64,000 nucleotides of DNA from Chiloscyllium plagiosum (taxonomy: Eukaryota), in assembly GCF_004010195.1 (NCBI RefSeq), contig NC_057739.1, positions 35,172,664-35,236,663 on the forward strand. The letters run 5' to 3'. Shown here piece by piece: positions 23,337-34,759 of the stretch. How positions within the stretch are numbered: position 1 is the stretch's first letter; each line of letters begins with the position of its first letter. The notes beneath the pieces were generated by a model that saw nothing but the letters and a program-made list of their open reading frames with translations, did not search any database and was not told the DNA's origin. A program made the translations under genes and the position numbers.

Positions 23337-24949
23337 TTCCAACCATCAACATCCCAATCCAGGGCCCCAGCAGCTGCCATGCACTAGACCCAGCTAAGCT
23401 GCAATGCTGTTGCCGCCGCTGTCTTCACAACTGAGCGCACTCCTGAATTTCCTGCTGATGTTGCATTCCCATATGACCTTGACAAATTTTTGTCACTTAC
23501 CCTTGAGCGACTGGAGTATGCAGTTCAAAGCAATTACCAAGCTTTCATTGACGCCCTTTGTGAAAGATTTCTGATCATTTGCTTTTCCCTTCTGACATGC
23601 AGTACTGGCATTGAGTTCAGGTGCAATATTTAACTGTTAAAAATTTTTTTGTGGAGCAGCAAAACTGAATCAATGGTCACTTGGGGCTAAGTAACAAACT
23701 ACAAAGTACTTGAAGCTTGGTCTACTCTGTAGTATTGATCAGGGCAAAATATTAGTTTAGCAGCAATAAAATGCCATTAAATGCCAAACATAATAGCTGT
23801 GCAATGCTGTTAAGGTAGGTTTTGATTGCTTTGATGCAATTTTTCTGTCAATTTATTTAGGATTGATGTTGAGTGCTGGGAAAAAGATAATTGTATTTCA
23901 TGCTTTGTATATGAGCTGGGCAAAGGTACAGGCAAAGGAAATGGTCTTGAATCAGTCTCTGATATATTTCCCCTTCTAGATCCCGCCTCCCTTGTTTGAA
24001 TGAACAAGTTGATTTGCAGGTGTCATTATGAGTTTATACCAAAACACTGCACTCCAATGATGATTTGTGAAATGCTTGATGAAAGTATTCTCACCCAACC
24101 TTGCCCTCTCCCAGAAAGAACATGTTTTGTTTACGGCTACTTCTGTATAATTTTATTTTCATTCTTAGATTTCCATTGCTGACAGACACTTGCAGTTTCA
24201 GCATGCTAGTTACTTTCTTGTTTTGGGAGAATATTAGACATCTTGAGGATTGGACTGATCAAAATTGTATTTAATTCATTTGTTTTTGCTGCAATGCTGC
24301 TGTCAGTAAGTATTCCATGTCTGCGAAGTGAAGCATCAGCTGAGTAATTCCACTCCGATTTGTCTTTTCACACGATATCATTTAAAGATTCACTGCTTCC
24401 TTTTGTGATTTCTTTTAATTGCTTCAGGGTGCTTTTGTGCAGCTTAATGCCTTGCATCTTGCAGGTACAGGTAGTAGCCAATACCTGGATTCTTCATGTT
24501 CCTATCTTAAGTATGCAATCTTGCTAAAAGGGACTAAAGCCCTTATTGGCTGTCTTAGATGGCATAGCATAATTATTGCCTATGCCATTTGTATTGTAAC
24601 TTCTGTCTTGATTAAATCAGTAGTTTCAATTGAATTTACTCAGACTTGTGTCCTTAATTTACTTTTCTGACCTGAATTATTTTTAAAAAACTTTTTTGTG
24701 TAATTTAGTTGAAGCCACTTTCCAAAAATCCTCACTGCTCATTACTGATGTGAAAGATGTAGCAAACAATGCCATTCCAGTATAAAAAGAAACTAATCCA
24801 TTAGTACTGACCACATGAAACTGGGATCCTTTTGTTTCAAGATGACTACTTGTTTTTGGAAACAAGGACATCTAAGGTAGGTGAGGAGCAGTTGAGCAAA
24901 TTGATAAAAGTTGAGAGATAAAAGTTTGAAAGTGAAGTTCAGAAAAAAA

Positions 24950-25185
24950 ATTAAACTCTGGAATGAAGAGTCTAATGATGACCATGAATCTATTGTTGAT
25001 TGTCAGGAAAACCTATCTGCTCAAAAATGTCCTTTAGGGAAGGAAATTGTCATTCTTACCTGGGTGAGCCTAAATGTGACTATAACCTGAGCAATGTGAT
25101 TGGCTCTTAAACTGCCCTCTGGGTAGTTAAGGATGGGCAATAAATGCTGGCTTAGCCAACAATACCCCATCCTGTGAATGAATGA
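24950..25185 (+). mobile_element. 7016-type SINE, 3' part
   Basis: GATGACCATGAATCTATTGTTGATTGTCAGGAAAACC...CCTTTAGGGAAGGAAA...GGATGGGCAATAAATGCTGG. Confidence 0.8.
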
Positions 25186-26006
25186 AGTTTAAAAAAATTT
25201 AGTGAATAAAAAATCAATGTTTGGGCGCTTGAAAGGCAGTAATGAATCGTGGACAGTATCCCTTAGGATGTACGCAGGAAATGTAGTTAGAAAAAGGCAT
25301 GACTGTTGGAAGAATTCAGAGGGGTGCCTGAAAGGATTCTATTGATTTAAGAAAAAAGAGAATTTGGGAATAAACAAGTGTGGATGATTAGAAGGTCCAA
25401 TGGGTGAATATGAGCAACAGAGACTTGGGAATATTAGGAGGACTTAGAGAACCAGAAATGCTGAAGTAGAAATTGATATTGGTGAGGATGAGAGTTTAGT
25501 GTGGAAGCTGAAGGAGGGTGGTTGGAGAGGATTGTAGACATTGAGGACTTGCAAGGGAGGTGAGGAAGGCGGAACAAGACCAGGTGCTTTGAAGACTGTA
25601 TTAGAACCATGATGATTTGTGCAGAGCAGCTGATTTGGGTAGAAGATGTATTATTATCCAAGCTGAGTTATTCTAAGTTCTCCATGATAAACACCAACCA
25701 TTTTCATCTTCATTATGTTGCATTTCCTTGTTCCTGTATGCAATACAAAACTTGATGGCCCATCACCTGGCTGCCAAGGAAATTTTAGAAAATTTGGTGG
25801 TGCTAAATTGGGTAAAGTTCTAGTTAATCTATTTCTGGATTCTGACAGCCTAATTTACATTGATAAATCTAGGTTCTGATTTCTAGGGAAATGATGTGTC
25901 ATGTATAAACCTGTAAGGTTGCATACATTCCAAAACCATTACTATCCAAGATGACCTGGTCAGACACCAAAGGTTGATTACTTCCCCACCTAACAGCTAT
26001 GTTTGG

Positions 26007-26310
26007 TAGTCATAGAATTGTACAGCATGGAAACCATCATTTGGTCCAATCAGTTCATAATACCAAGCTAAATTAGTCCCACCTGCCTGATCCTGGCCAA
26101 TATATCTCCAAACCTTTCCTGTTCATGCATTTATACAAATATATTTTAAATGTTATAACTGTGTCCGCATCCTCCACTTCCTCAAAGTTCATTCCACATG
26201 TGAACCACTATGTTTTAAAAAAAATCCCCCATGTCCTTTTAAAATTTCTCTCCTCTCACCTTAAAAAATGTGCCCCCTAGTCTTGAGGTTCCCCATCCTG
26301 TGGCAAAGAC
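26007..26310 (-). mobile_element. HER1-like CR1 3' fragment
   Basis: AGTCATAGAATTGTACAGCATGGAAAC tail and 3' UTR. Confidence 0.85.
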
Positions 26311-26331
26311 CCGCACCAAAGACATCCATAC

Positions 26332-26952
26332 CTGTTGTGGTTCTGTTCGCCGAGCTGGAAGTTTTTGTTGCAAACGTTTCGTCCCCTGGCTAGGCGACAT
26401 CATCAGTACTTGGGAGCCTCCTGCGAAGCGCTTCTTTGATGTTTCCTCCGGTGTTTATAATGGTCTGTCCCTGCCGCTTCCGGTTGTCAGTTTCAGCTGT
26501 CCGTAGTGGTTGGTATATTGGGTCCAGGTTGATGTGTTTGTTGATGGAGTTTGTGGATGAATGCCATGCCTCTAGGAATTCCCTGGCTGTTCTCTGTCTG
26601 GCTTGCCCTATGATAGTAGTGTTGTCCCAGTCGAATTCATGTTGCTTGTTGTCTGCATGTGTGGCTACTAAGGATAGCTGGTCGTGTCGTTTTGTGGCTA
26701 GTTGATGTTCATGTATGCGGATTGTTAGCTGTCTTCCTGTTTGTCCTATATAGTGTTTAGTGCAGTCCTTGCATGGTATTTTGTACACTACATTCGTCTT
26801 GCTCATGTTGGGTATCCGGTCCTTCGCTCTGGTGAGTTGTTGTCTGAGCGTGGCTGTTGGTTTGTGTGCCGTTATGAGTCCTAGGGGTCGTAGTAGTCTG
26901 GCAGTCAGTTCCGAGATGCTCCTGATGTATGGTAGTGTGGCTAGTCCTTTTT
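26332..26952 (-). mobile_element. Penelope (Poseidon-type) 3' fragment with open GIY-YIG domain and hammerhead pLTR
   Basis: ORF 26390-26806 NVVYKIPCKDCTKHYIGQTGRQLTIRIHEH...AREFLEAWHS. Confidence 0.93.
26368..26410 (-). ncRNA. Minimal hammerhead ribozyme
   Basis: Minus: GTA-CTGATGA-T-GTCGCCT-AGCC-AGGGGAC-GAAA-CGTT-TGC; all core nucleotides present, stem I GTA/TGC. Confidence 0.8.
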
Positions 26953-27890
26953 AACCACTCTGTAGTCTTGTGTTTTCTCTCCTAACACTACTGCAGTTGA
27001 GTTTCTTGTCTCAGTGGCCAGATTTAATTGACATCGGCTTGAAAACATGTTAATGACTGGGTCCAACTAAATATTTCTTTTAAAAGTATATTCGGAGTGT
27101 TTATTTTTGAATTAAGATGAAACTTCTGTTGAAGCTAAATGATTGTTAATACAAACAGCATCTGATGTCAACTGTTAAAATATATATTTTAGAAAATGTA
27201 ATTGTGTACTGTGGTAACATTACAGGGAAATGAAATTGATGTTCTTTTGACTATTCAGGACCCTGCAATTGTGTTAATTTCCAGTAACAAATATGAGCAA
27301 TATAGCACCAACATTAAAAGTCTAGTAAAAGGCTAAAAGCTTAAATAGTAACTATTGTTGTTTGTGCTGTTGCTTATTGAAAGTGAACTTCAATGCTGAA
27401 AGTACTCTGACGATAGTCTTCTGTTATCCTATTGAAGAACACTATTTCACATTGTGAAACATCTTTTGTGCCCTTTCTGATTTAAGAAATATTGTTTAAC
27501 TTTTTCTCTAATGTACTCTGTTTTACCCATATTCATAGTCTCTCGACTGAAGATATTGTTCATTGCCTATTGGTACAACATCCATATGATATCATAAAGT
27601 GTGAACCAAAACAAGTGAATGGGTACAGACCACCTGATTTGCAGAAATCATCTCCGTTGAATCTGATCATTTTTGCATACTATTAACACTTGTCTACCTT
27701 CATCAAAGGCCATAAAATGATCAGAAACGCTGATGATTTCCATTCCCCCAGTCTTTATTGGGATCAAATTGTTGAACCCACTTTCAACACTAGTACTGCT
27801 TTTACTAGATTCAGCATGAAACCTAGCTCAGCTAATTACTACTTCGGATGTCAGGAAGAACCAAGAAACATTTTAGTGCACTTATTTTAT

Positions 27891-28114
27891 TCTGGAAGAA
27901 AGTGAGGACTGCAGGTGCTGGAGATCAGAATCGAGAGTTTGGTGCTGGAAAAAGCACAGCAGGTCAGACAGCAGCCGAGGTGCAGGAGAAATCATGTTTT
28001 GGGCATAAATTCTTCATCAAGAATCCCTGATGAAGGGCTTATGCCTGAATCGTCAATTCTCCTGCTCCTTGGATGCTGCCTGACCTGCTGTGCTTTTCCA
28101 GCACCCCCTACACA
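27891..28114. mobile_element. Fold-back mini-element (family A) with back-to-back hammerhead remnants, imperfect 13-bp TSD
   Basis: Arms 27941-28020 and 28027-28105 are inverted; GCACTTATTTTAT 27878-27890 vs GCAGTTATTTTAT 28115-28127. Confidence 0.85.
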
Positions 28115-28794
28115 GCAGTTATTTTATCATGCCTCCCTTTGCTAAAACTGCTTTGTTGGCCCTGTAAATACAGCTTGTTGCCTGTAGCCAGAGAATAATG
28201 GCAGCAGCCTTCTCAATCTTAAGATAGAACCATGCCTCTGGCAATTTTGGTCTGGGGAATGAAGAGGAGGTATTATGTGCCAAGAAGAGCGATTGATGCT
28301 ATCTCACTTACAGTATTGCTGCTGGCAATGGAAGCAGTATACTGTTGAGTTGTCTTAAATTCCATTTAGTTATCTACTTTTGGTTAAGGTAAATACGCTT
28401 AGCTTTCAAAACCATAAATTCTTTAAATTTTTATTCAGGAAAAATTTGGTTGTCTCCCTTTCAATATTCTACTGATCAAACTAGAACTGAGAAACACTAA
28501 TTTGGACAAAGATGTTTTGATAAGGTTGAAACATAATGAGAAAGTATGATATTTTTAATAGTGTCCAGCTGAAGAATATAAACAATGTTTCTATCATTTT
28601 TAATGTGTATGTTGACTATCCTGTTCCATTAAAGTGGCAATGTTTCAATGGTTGTTTTAATGCTCTTTCAAATATTGATTTACTAAATGTCTTAAAACAG
28701 AAATGTTGGAGACAGTCCATAGGTTAGTCAGCATCATTGAAAATAAAAGAGAACATTTCTTCAACTCAAATGTAAGCTATGAATGCTGTCATGA

Positions 28795-29010
28795 ATAAAA
28801 ACAAAATGCTGTAGATGCTGGAAAGCTGAAACAGAGAATGCTGAAGGAACTCAGCAGTTCTGGTAATGTCAGTAGAGAGGGAAACCGTTAACATTTCAAG
28901 TCTGGCATGACGACTTCTGAAGAGTTATACTGGACTCAAGATTTTAACTCTTTCTCTATCCACAGGTGCTGTCACACTGCGCATTTTTCTCCACCATTCT
29001 GTGTTTGTTA
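28795..29010. mobile_element. Older fold-back mini-element (family B)
   Basis: ACAGAGAATGCTGAAGGAACTCAGCAG left arm vs CTGCGCATTTTTCTCCACCATTCTGTGT right arm; central CTGAAGA remnant. Confidence 0.65.
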
Positions 29011-30062
29011 CAGAGTCATGACATATCTATCTTAATGGATGTTGATGGACTTGCAATATGTTTATTTCTATGCTTGCTGTTTTTGCTACATTTTAAAATA
29101 AGCTTCACATTTGCCTTAAAAGGTTTCACTTAGACATGGAATAGTTTTCAGCCAGTCAGAACAATAAGCGACCAATGTCTTATTGGAATAGAAAAGGCAA
29201 AACCAATTGTTAATCATGATGTTTTTGTGATGTTTTCAATGAAAACATCATGAAGATATAGTGGACCTGTGCCTCACTACCCACTTCACCTTCAACAACA
29301 TAATCTACAAACAAACCAACGGCACACCCATGGGATCTCCGCTATCAGGATTCTTAGCAGAAGCGGTAATGCAAAGACTAGAACAAACAGCCCTACCAAC
29401 CATCAAACCAAACATCTGGGTCCACTATGTAGATGACCCCTTTGTCATCACAAAACAAAACAAGATAGAAGAGACATTTAACATCATCAACAACACCCTC
29501 ACAGGCATAAAGTTCACCAAGGAGAAAGAAACCGACAACAAACTCGCACTTCTGGACGTCACAGTCGAAAGAAAGGACAACGGAGAACTACAAAACTGAG
29601 TATACAGAAAACCGACAAACACTGACCAAATACTTTAACTACACCAGCAACCATCCCAACACACACAAACGAAGCTGTATCAGAACACTATTCCAATGAG
29701 CCACGGACACACTGCAGCACAGATGAACTTCGGAAAACAGAGGAGAACCACCTATACAACGTATTCAAGAAGAACGGATACTCAAAAAATACAGTGTGCA
29801 GATTCCTCAGGAACAAACCACGACAAGCAGACCAAACATAGCCAGAAACCCTAACCACCTTACCATACATCAAAGAAGTTTCAGAAATGACAGCCAGACT
29901 ACTAAGACCCCTCGGAATCCTAGTAGCACACAAACCCACCAACACTCTCAAACAAAAACTAACAAACTTAAAAGACCCAGTACATCTCATGGACAAAACC
30001 AACGTCATCTAGAAAATTCCATGCAAGGACTGCCACAAACACTACGTAGGACAAACAGGAAG

Positions 30063-30450
30063 NNNNNNNNNNNNNNNNNNNNNNNNNNNNNNNNNNNNNN
30101 NNNNNNNNNNNNNNNNNNNNNNNNNNNNNNNNNNNNNNNNNNNNNNNNNNNNNNNNNNNNNNNNNNNNNNNNNNNNNNNNNNNNNNNNNNNNNNNNNNNN
30201 NNNNNNNNNNNNNNNNNNNNNNNNNNNNNNNNNNNNNNNNNNNNNNNNNNNNNNNNNNNNNNNNNNNNNNNNNNNNNNNNNNNNNNNNNNNNNNNNNNNN
30301 NNNNNNNNNNNNNNNNNNNNNNNNNNNNNNNNNNNNNNNNNNNNNNNNNNNNNNNNNNNNNNNNNNNNNNNNNNNNNNNNNNNNNNNNNNNNNNNNNNNN
30401 NNNNNNNNNNNNNNNNNNNNNNNNNNNNNNNNNNNNNNNNNNNNNNNNNN
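30063..30450. other. Assembly gap (388 N)
   Basis: Run of n. Confidence 0.99.
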
Positions 30451-30696
30451 ACACACAGATGAAAAACAAAACACCATTTCGACTGGGACAGGCTAAGCAA
30501 AGACATGCCAGAGAATTTCTAGAGGCCTGGCACTCCAACCACAACGCCATAAACAAACACACAGATCTAGATACCAACTATCAACCCCTCCGAAAACGAA
30601 CAGGAATTGACATCACCACAAACCCCAGGAACCCCATCCAGGAGAAAGATATAAATAGAAAGCAGGAGACAACAGCTTCGCTTCACTTGGAGGTCG

Positions 30697-30736
30697 CCAC
30701 TGATGATGTTACCTAGCTAGGCAATGAAGCGTCTGG
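30697..30736 (+). ncRNA. Minimal hammerhead ribozyme (GAAA mutated to GAAG)
   Basis: CCA-CTGATGA-T-GTTACCTAG-CTAGGCAAT-GAAG-CGTC-TGG; stem I CCA/TGG. Confidence 0.7.
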
Positions 30737-31064
30737 ATATCAAACCTATAGCTCAGCGAGCAAACCTACACCCTAACCCCAACCTGAGCTACAAACCTTC
30801 ACAAATCTTGCAGTAAAATTTATGGTGGAGGAAAGATTATTTACCTGAAATGTGTGCAATGAAAATGATCTATACTCTAACATTTTAATGTAAATCATTT
30901 ACATGTTCTATAGTTTTGCTCTCTGATGCTAGATAATTGATTCTCTAACTGAACCAAAACAAGCACTCCTGACCATCGAGATCCTAGTTTCAATCACTTT
31001 CTATTGTTAACTAATGTCACCAGGCGCTGTATATGAGCATTACAATTTGGCTGTGTTCTAATAA

Positions 31065-31630
31065 TGTTTTTGATCACTTACTTGTGGAAGGATGTAATGG
31101 CATTGGAGGCAGTTCAGAGAAGGTTCTCTAGATTGATTCCAGAGATGATGGGTTTATGTTATGAAAAGAGATTAGGCATGTTAGGCCTTTACTAGGTGGA
31201 GTTTAGAAGAATGAGGGGCAATCTAATTGAGGTATATAAATGCAAAAGTGGATTGACAGAAGTAGATGCAAAGAGGATGTTTCCTCTTGTGGAGCAATCT
31301 AAGATGAGAGGTCATAGATTTAGGATAAAGAATAGCAGATTTATAACAGATAAAATAGAATTATTTCCCTCCAAAGGGTCATGAATTTATAGAATTCACT
31401 ACCCCAGGTGGACGCTGAGGCATTATGCATCTCCTCTTCAAAGTTTTCCTAAATTTTTCTTTAAAGTTTTTCAAACTTTTTAATTAGGGTTGAAGGGTTA
31501 TAGGGAGTGGGTGGGGAAGTGGAATTTAGGCTGAGATGAGATCAGCCATAATTGTGTTAAATGGTGGATCATGCTCAAGGGGCTGAATTGCCTGCTCACG
31601 TTCGTAGTTCTTATGTTTTATGTTATGATC
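31065..31630 (+). mobile_element. CR1 3' fragment
   Basis: ALEAVQRRFSRLIP, EFRRMRGNLIEVYK; tail GTTCTTATG. Confidence 0.85.
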
Positions 31631-33679
31631 CTATGCTCTAAACTGTGGAAACATCAGTCGAAATGTATGCTTTGATCATTACGTTGTGAACTCTTTAAAA
31701 AGTAGACTTGAAGGTTGTTATGATGCCCCTTCAGCTGAATATCTCAGTCCAGGGTTTGTGGTGGTAATGTGGCTAGATTCAAAATCCAAAGAGCTCGGTT
31801 GGTGATTTGGGCATAGGTTGAAATCCCACTGTGGTTTTTAAAAAAATTTTTGTTTCAGTACTTAGCTGGTTTGATATTTCTTTTTGCCTGTTGGCTTCCA
31901 CAGACAGTATTTAACTGAATGTAAAATTGTTGGGTTTTGTTATGACCTGCATCAATAGTGCAATTTTCCCTAGGTTTCAAGTTCAGCTGCCTAGCACACA
32001 GATGAGTATGGCTTTTAGATTAAGAACTCCCCCTACTGATGTCTTGGCAAATTAATTTCATTGCGTGTTTCATGGTGCAATTACACAATAAATTTTCAAG
32101 AAAATGTTGCACTTTATGTAAATTGTTATAGAAGATTTAAGTGCTAATAGCAGCTATATATTAATTATACAGCTGGCCAAATATGGTTTGCGTGACTTAA
32201 CATGTACAACTATGTTGGACAAGCATATTGTCAGTTTTCCATGGGTATCCTCAACTTATTTGAAATATATTTCTCATAATGAGACACACAAGTCCCAATT
32301 TATGTATTAGAGAGTGACACCCATGGTTATTCTTGTGAAAATCTGGGCACTGATAAAGTGATGTGATGCTGCAGTAACCTTTATCCAGCCCTCATGTACT
32401 GACAGGCTCAGCTAGTGATTATCTGTTAACTGGAGTTGTAGAGTTTGCAAAGTTAAATTGAACAGTGATCAAACCTGAAATTGCAGTTGAAAAATAAGAC
32501 CTTCATTCACTTTGTTTCTTCTGTTTCATCTGTCCTTTGTTCATGTTATTAATGTTTTCATAAAGCAGTAGTGTAGTTCAGACTTAATAATGGAGAGGAT
32601 TAATTTCAAATGTGCCAGAATTGGGTAACAAATGCCACTCTAGTTATCACTGTAAGGCAATTGCGTGAAGGAATTTTTCTGACTCTTTCACCAGCTGTAG
32701 ACATTTTGAAGTTTTCCTGGATTTTTTTTCCCACAGTCAGAAAGTGTGGTTCACAGTCACTGGAGGATTAAGCTAGATTAGCAAAGCTCTCTACTGCCTG
32801 AGTATACTTTTGTAAGTATTGATGTTGTCCTTTCAAATAAATGCAAGCTGCTGACCCTTGCATATTGTATGACCGTGCTGTCCGTGTGCATAAAGTCAAT
32901 TGTTTGAATTTCAAATGTTGTATATTTATACAGAGAATGAGAAGTGCCTCTGGTTCTGTGTCCTTGCTAAAGGTTAGCACAATGCATTCTGAAATAGAGA
33001 GCTCACTTTCTATAAATCGTTTTACCAAGGTTGTTTTGTATACTTTTGTGTAGACCTTGTAAAGAATAACATCCTAGTGCTCTGTACAATGAATGGACAG
33101 AGACCTGCTATTTTTAACTCACTTAAACATAAAATTATTAAGAATTGGTTTAAATACTTACCTTTCCCAAAAAGAAGAAATGTAGGAAAGAAGATTTGCA
33201 TTTTGTCTCCGTATTACCTGCTTCTTGCATTATGATCAATTATTGGACCTATTCTGTGGCGAAGTTGAATTAATGTTGTTGGTAATAGTCTTCAGTTCCT
33301 TAATGGGCGCCACCTTGGCAAAAAAAACTGCGTGTTTGTGCTGAATGTTGTGGATTTATCTATTTGGCTACTCTTTGCATAAAGATTTTTTTTTAACTGT
33401 AAGTATGTGACAAAATTACTCTCTCCATCATTTTGCAGAAAATAAAGTTGCAAGAGATGCAACAAATATTATAACTATTGTTGAGGAATATATTGTCTCT
33501 ATATGATTATAAATAATGCTGGTAAAGATTGCCACACCAATTGTGGTGTTCTGTCAAGTTATCTTCTCTGAAAAGTTGATGATGTTACTCTCTTCTTGGA
33601 TGCTGCTTTACCTGCTGAATGCTTCAAACAAGTTTTTAAAATTTCAGATCTCCAATATCTCTGCTGTCTTGCTTTGAGT

Positions 33680-33935
33680 GTATAGGTCTGTAGGAGTGTG
33701 TGTGTAGTGCAGTGGAGTCACCTGTAGTGTCCCGGTTGAGGCCATCCCCATGAATACTGAGCTTGGCTATCAGCCTCTGCTCGGCCACTTTGCATTGTTG
33801 TCTGTCCCAAAGGTTGCCTTGGAGGATGGTCACCTGAAGGTCCGAGGTCCAGTGTCCCAGACGGCTGAAGTGTTCCCCAACTGGGAGGAACACTCCTGTC
33901 TGTTGATTGTTGTGCGGGGTCCATTCATCTGTTGC
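33680..33935 (-). mobile_element. Penelope-like (Neptune-type) GIY-YIG C-terminus, inverted copy
   Basis: Minus ORF PVGEHFS...DLQVTILQG...AEQRLIAKL...DGLNRD. Confidence 0.85.
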
Positions 33936-33950
33936 AGTGACAATGGAAAT

Positions 33951-34600
33951 GGATGAATGGACACCGCAAAACAAACAATAGACAGGAGTGTTCCCTCCTA
34001 GTTTGGGAACACTTCAGTGATCCAGGACATTTGACCTCAGACCTTCGGGTGACCTACCTCCAAGATGGACTTCAGGACAAACAACACAAAGTGGCCAAGC
34101 AGAGGCTGATAGCCAAGTTCAGTATTCATGGGGATGGCCTCACCTGGGACCTTGGGTTTTATTTTGCTCAAACTGCATGAATCAATGTACGATTCTCTAA
34201 ATCTCTTTTTTAGATTAGAATCAGTCTGAACATTGGGTCACAGCCTCACAGGGAACCTCGCACCTTTAATGCATTATCTGGGCCAACATGGCACCAATGT
34301 TAAACTTCACTTGAGAACGTAACTTTAAGAAAGTTCTGGAATTTATGTGAGTGAACTGAAACCAACATACCCATTCTAAAAGATGAGAAACTTAACAAAC
34401 AATCCAGGTCTTTTTCAATATATAATTTCAATTACATCACACTGTAAACTTTTGCTATAAATTTTGTCCTACGATCTATAAATTTTGTCCTGATGAAGGA
34501 GCAGCACTTTGAAAGCTCGTGCTTTCAAATAAACCTGTTGGACTATAACCTGGTGTTGTGTGATTTTTAACTTTGTGCCAACACTGGCACCTGCAAATCA
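33951..34600 (+). mobile_element. Penelope-like (Neptune-type) 3' end with hammerhead terminus (family C)
   Basis: MNGHR...VWEHFS...DLRVTYLQ...KQRLIAKF...DGLTWDLGF, UTR, then CTGATGAAGGAGCAGCACTTTGAAAGCTC. Confidence 0.85.
34488..34522 (+). ncRNA. Minimal hammerhead ribozyme core
   Basis: CTGATGA(34490)-A-GGAG-CAGCA-CTTT-GAAA-GCTC-GTG; AGCT palindromic stem III; the upstream stem I position is occupied by a CTATAAATTTTGTCCT duplication. Confidence 0.65.
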
Positions 34601-34759
34601 AATAGAATTGATAGCCTTGAAGTAGGTAGCATCATCTTTTAGATTGGCACAACTGCCACTACCAGCCAGTTCCCTATCAGGTGAAAATAGTTCAATACAT
34701 GTTAATTACTGCAGTAGGAAGCTAAACTAGCTAGTGATTCAAGAGACACTCTATATAAG

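Larger units (their letters stand above)
23000..23460 (-). mobile_element. Unclassified retroposon with (AATTCT)n tail
   Basis: AGAATTAGAATT..TTGTCTCATGTATTCA is related to 44505-44706 and 62860-63183; distal boundary uncertain. Confidence 0.45.
29240..30812 (+). mobile_element. Penelope (Poseidon-type) element: RT C-half, GIY-YIG and pLTR, with stops and frameshifts
   Basis: YKQTNGTPMGSPLSG, WVHYVDD, LDVTV, NVI*KIPCKDCHKHYVGQTG, AREFLEAWHS. Confidence 0.93.

Noticed and set aside
24709-24876. Possible exon bounded by TTTAG and AAG/GTAGGT
   Set aside because: Stops in all three frames and no recognisable protein.
27941-28105. Pre-miRNA or classical MITE interpretation of the hairpins
   Set aside because: The arms match PLE termini, TSD lengths vary (9-14 bp) and the arms are asymmetric, unlike TIR transposons; there is no evidence for miRNA processing.
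29796-30716. 306-aa ORF and overlapping ORFs
   Set aside because: Artefacts of translating through the N gap.
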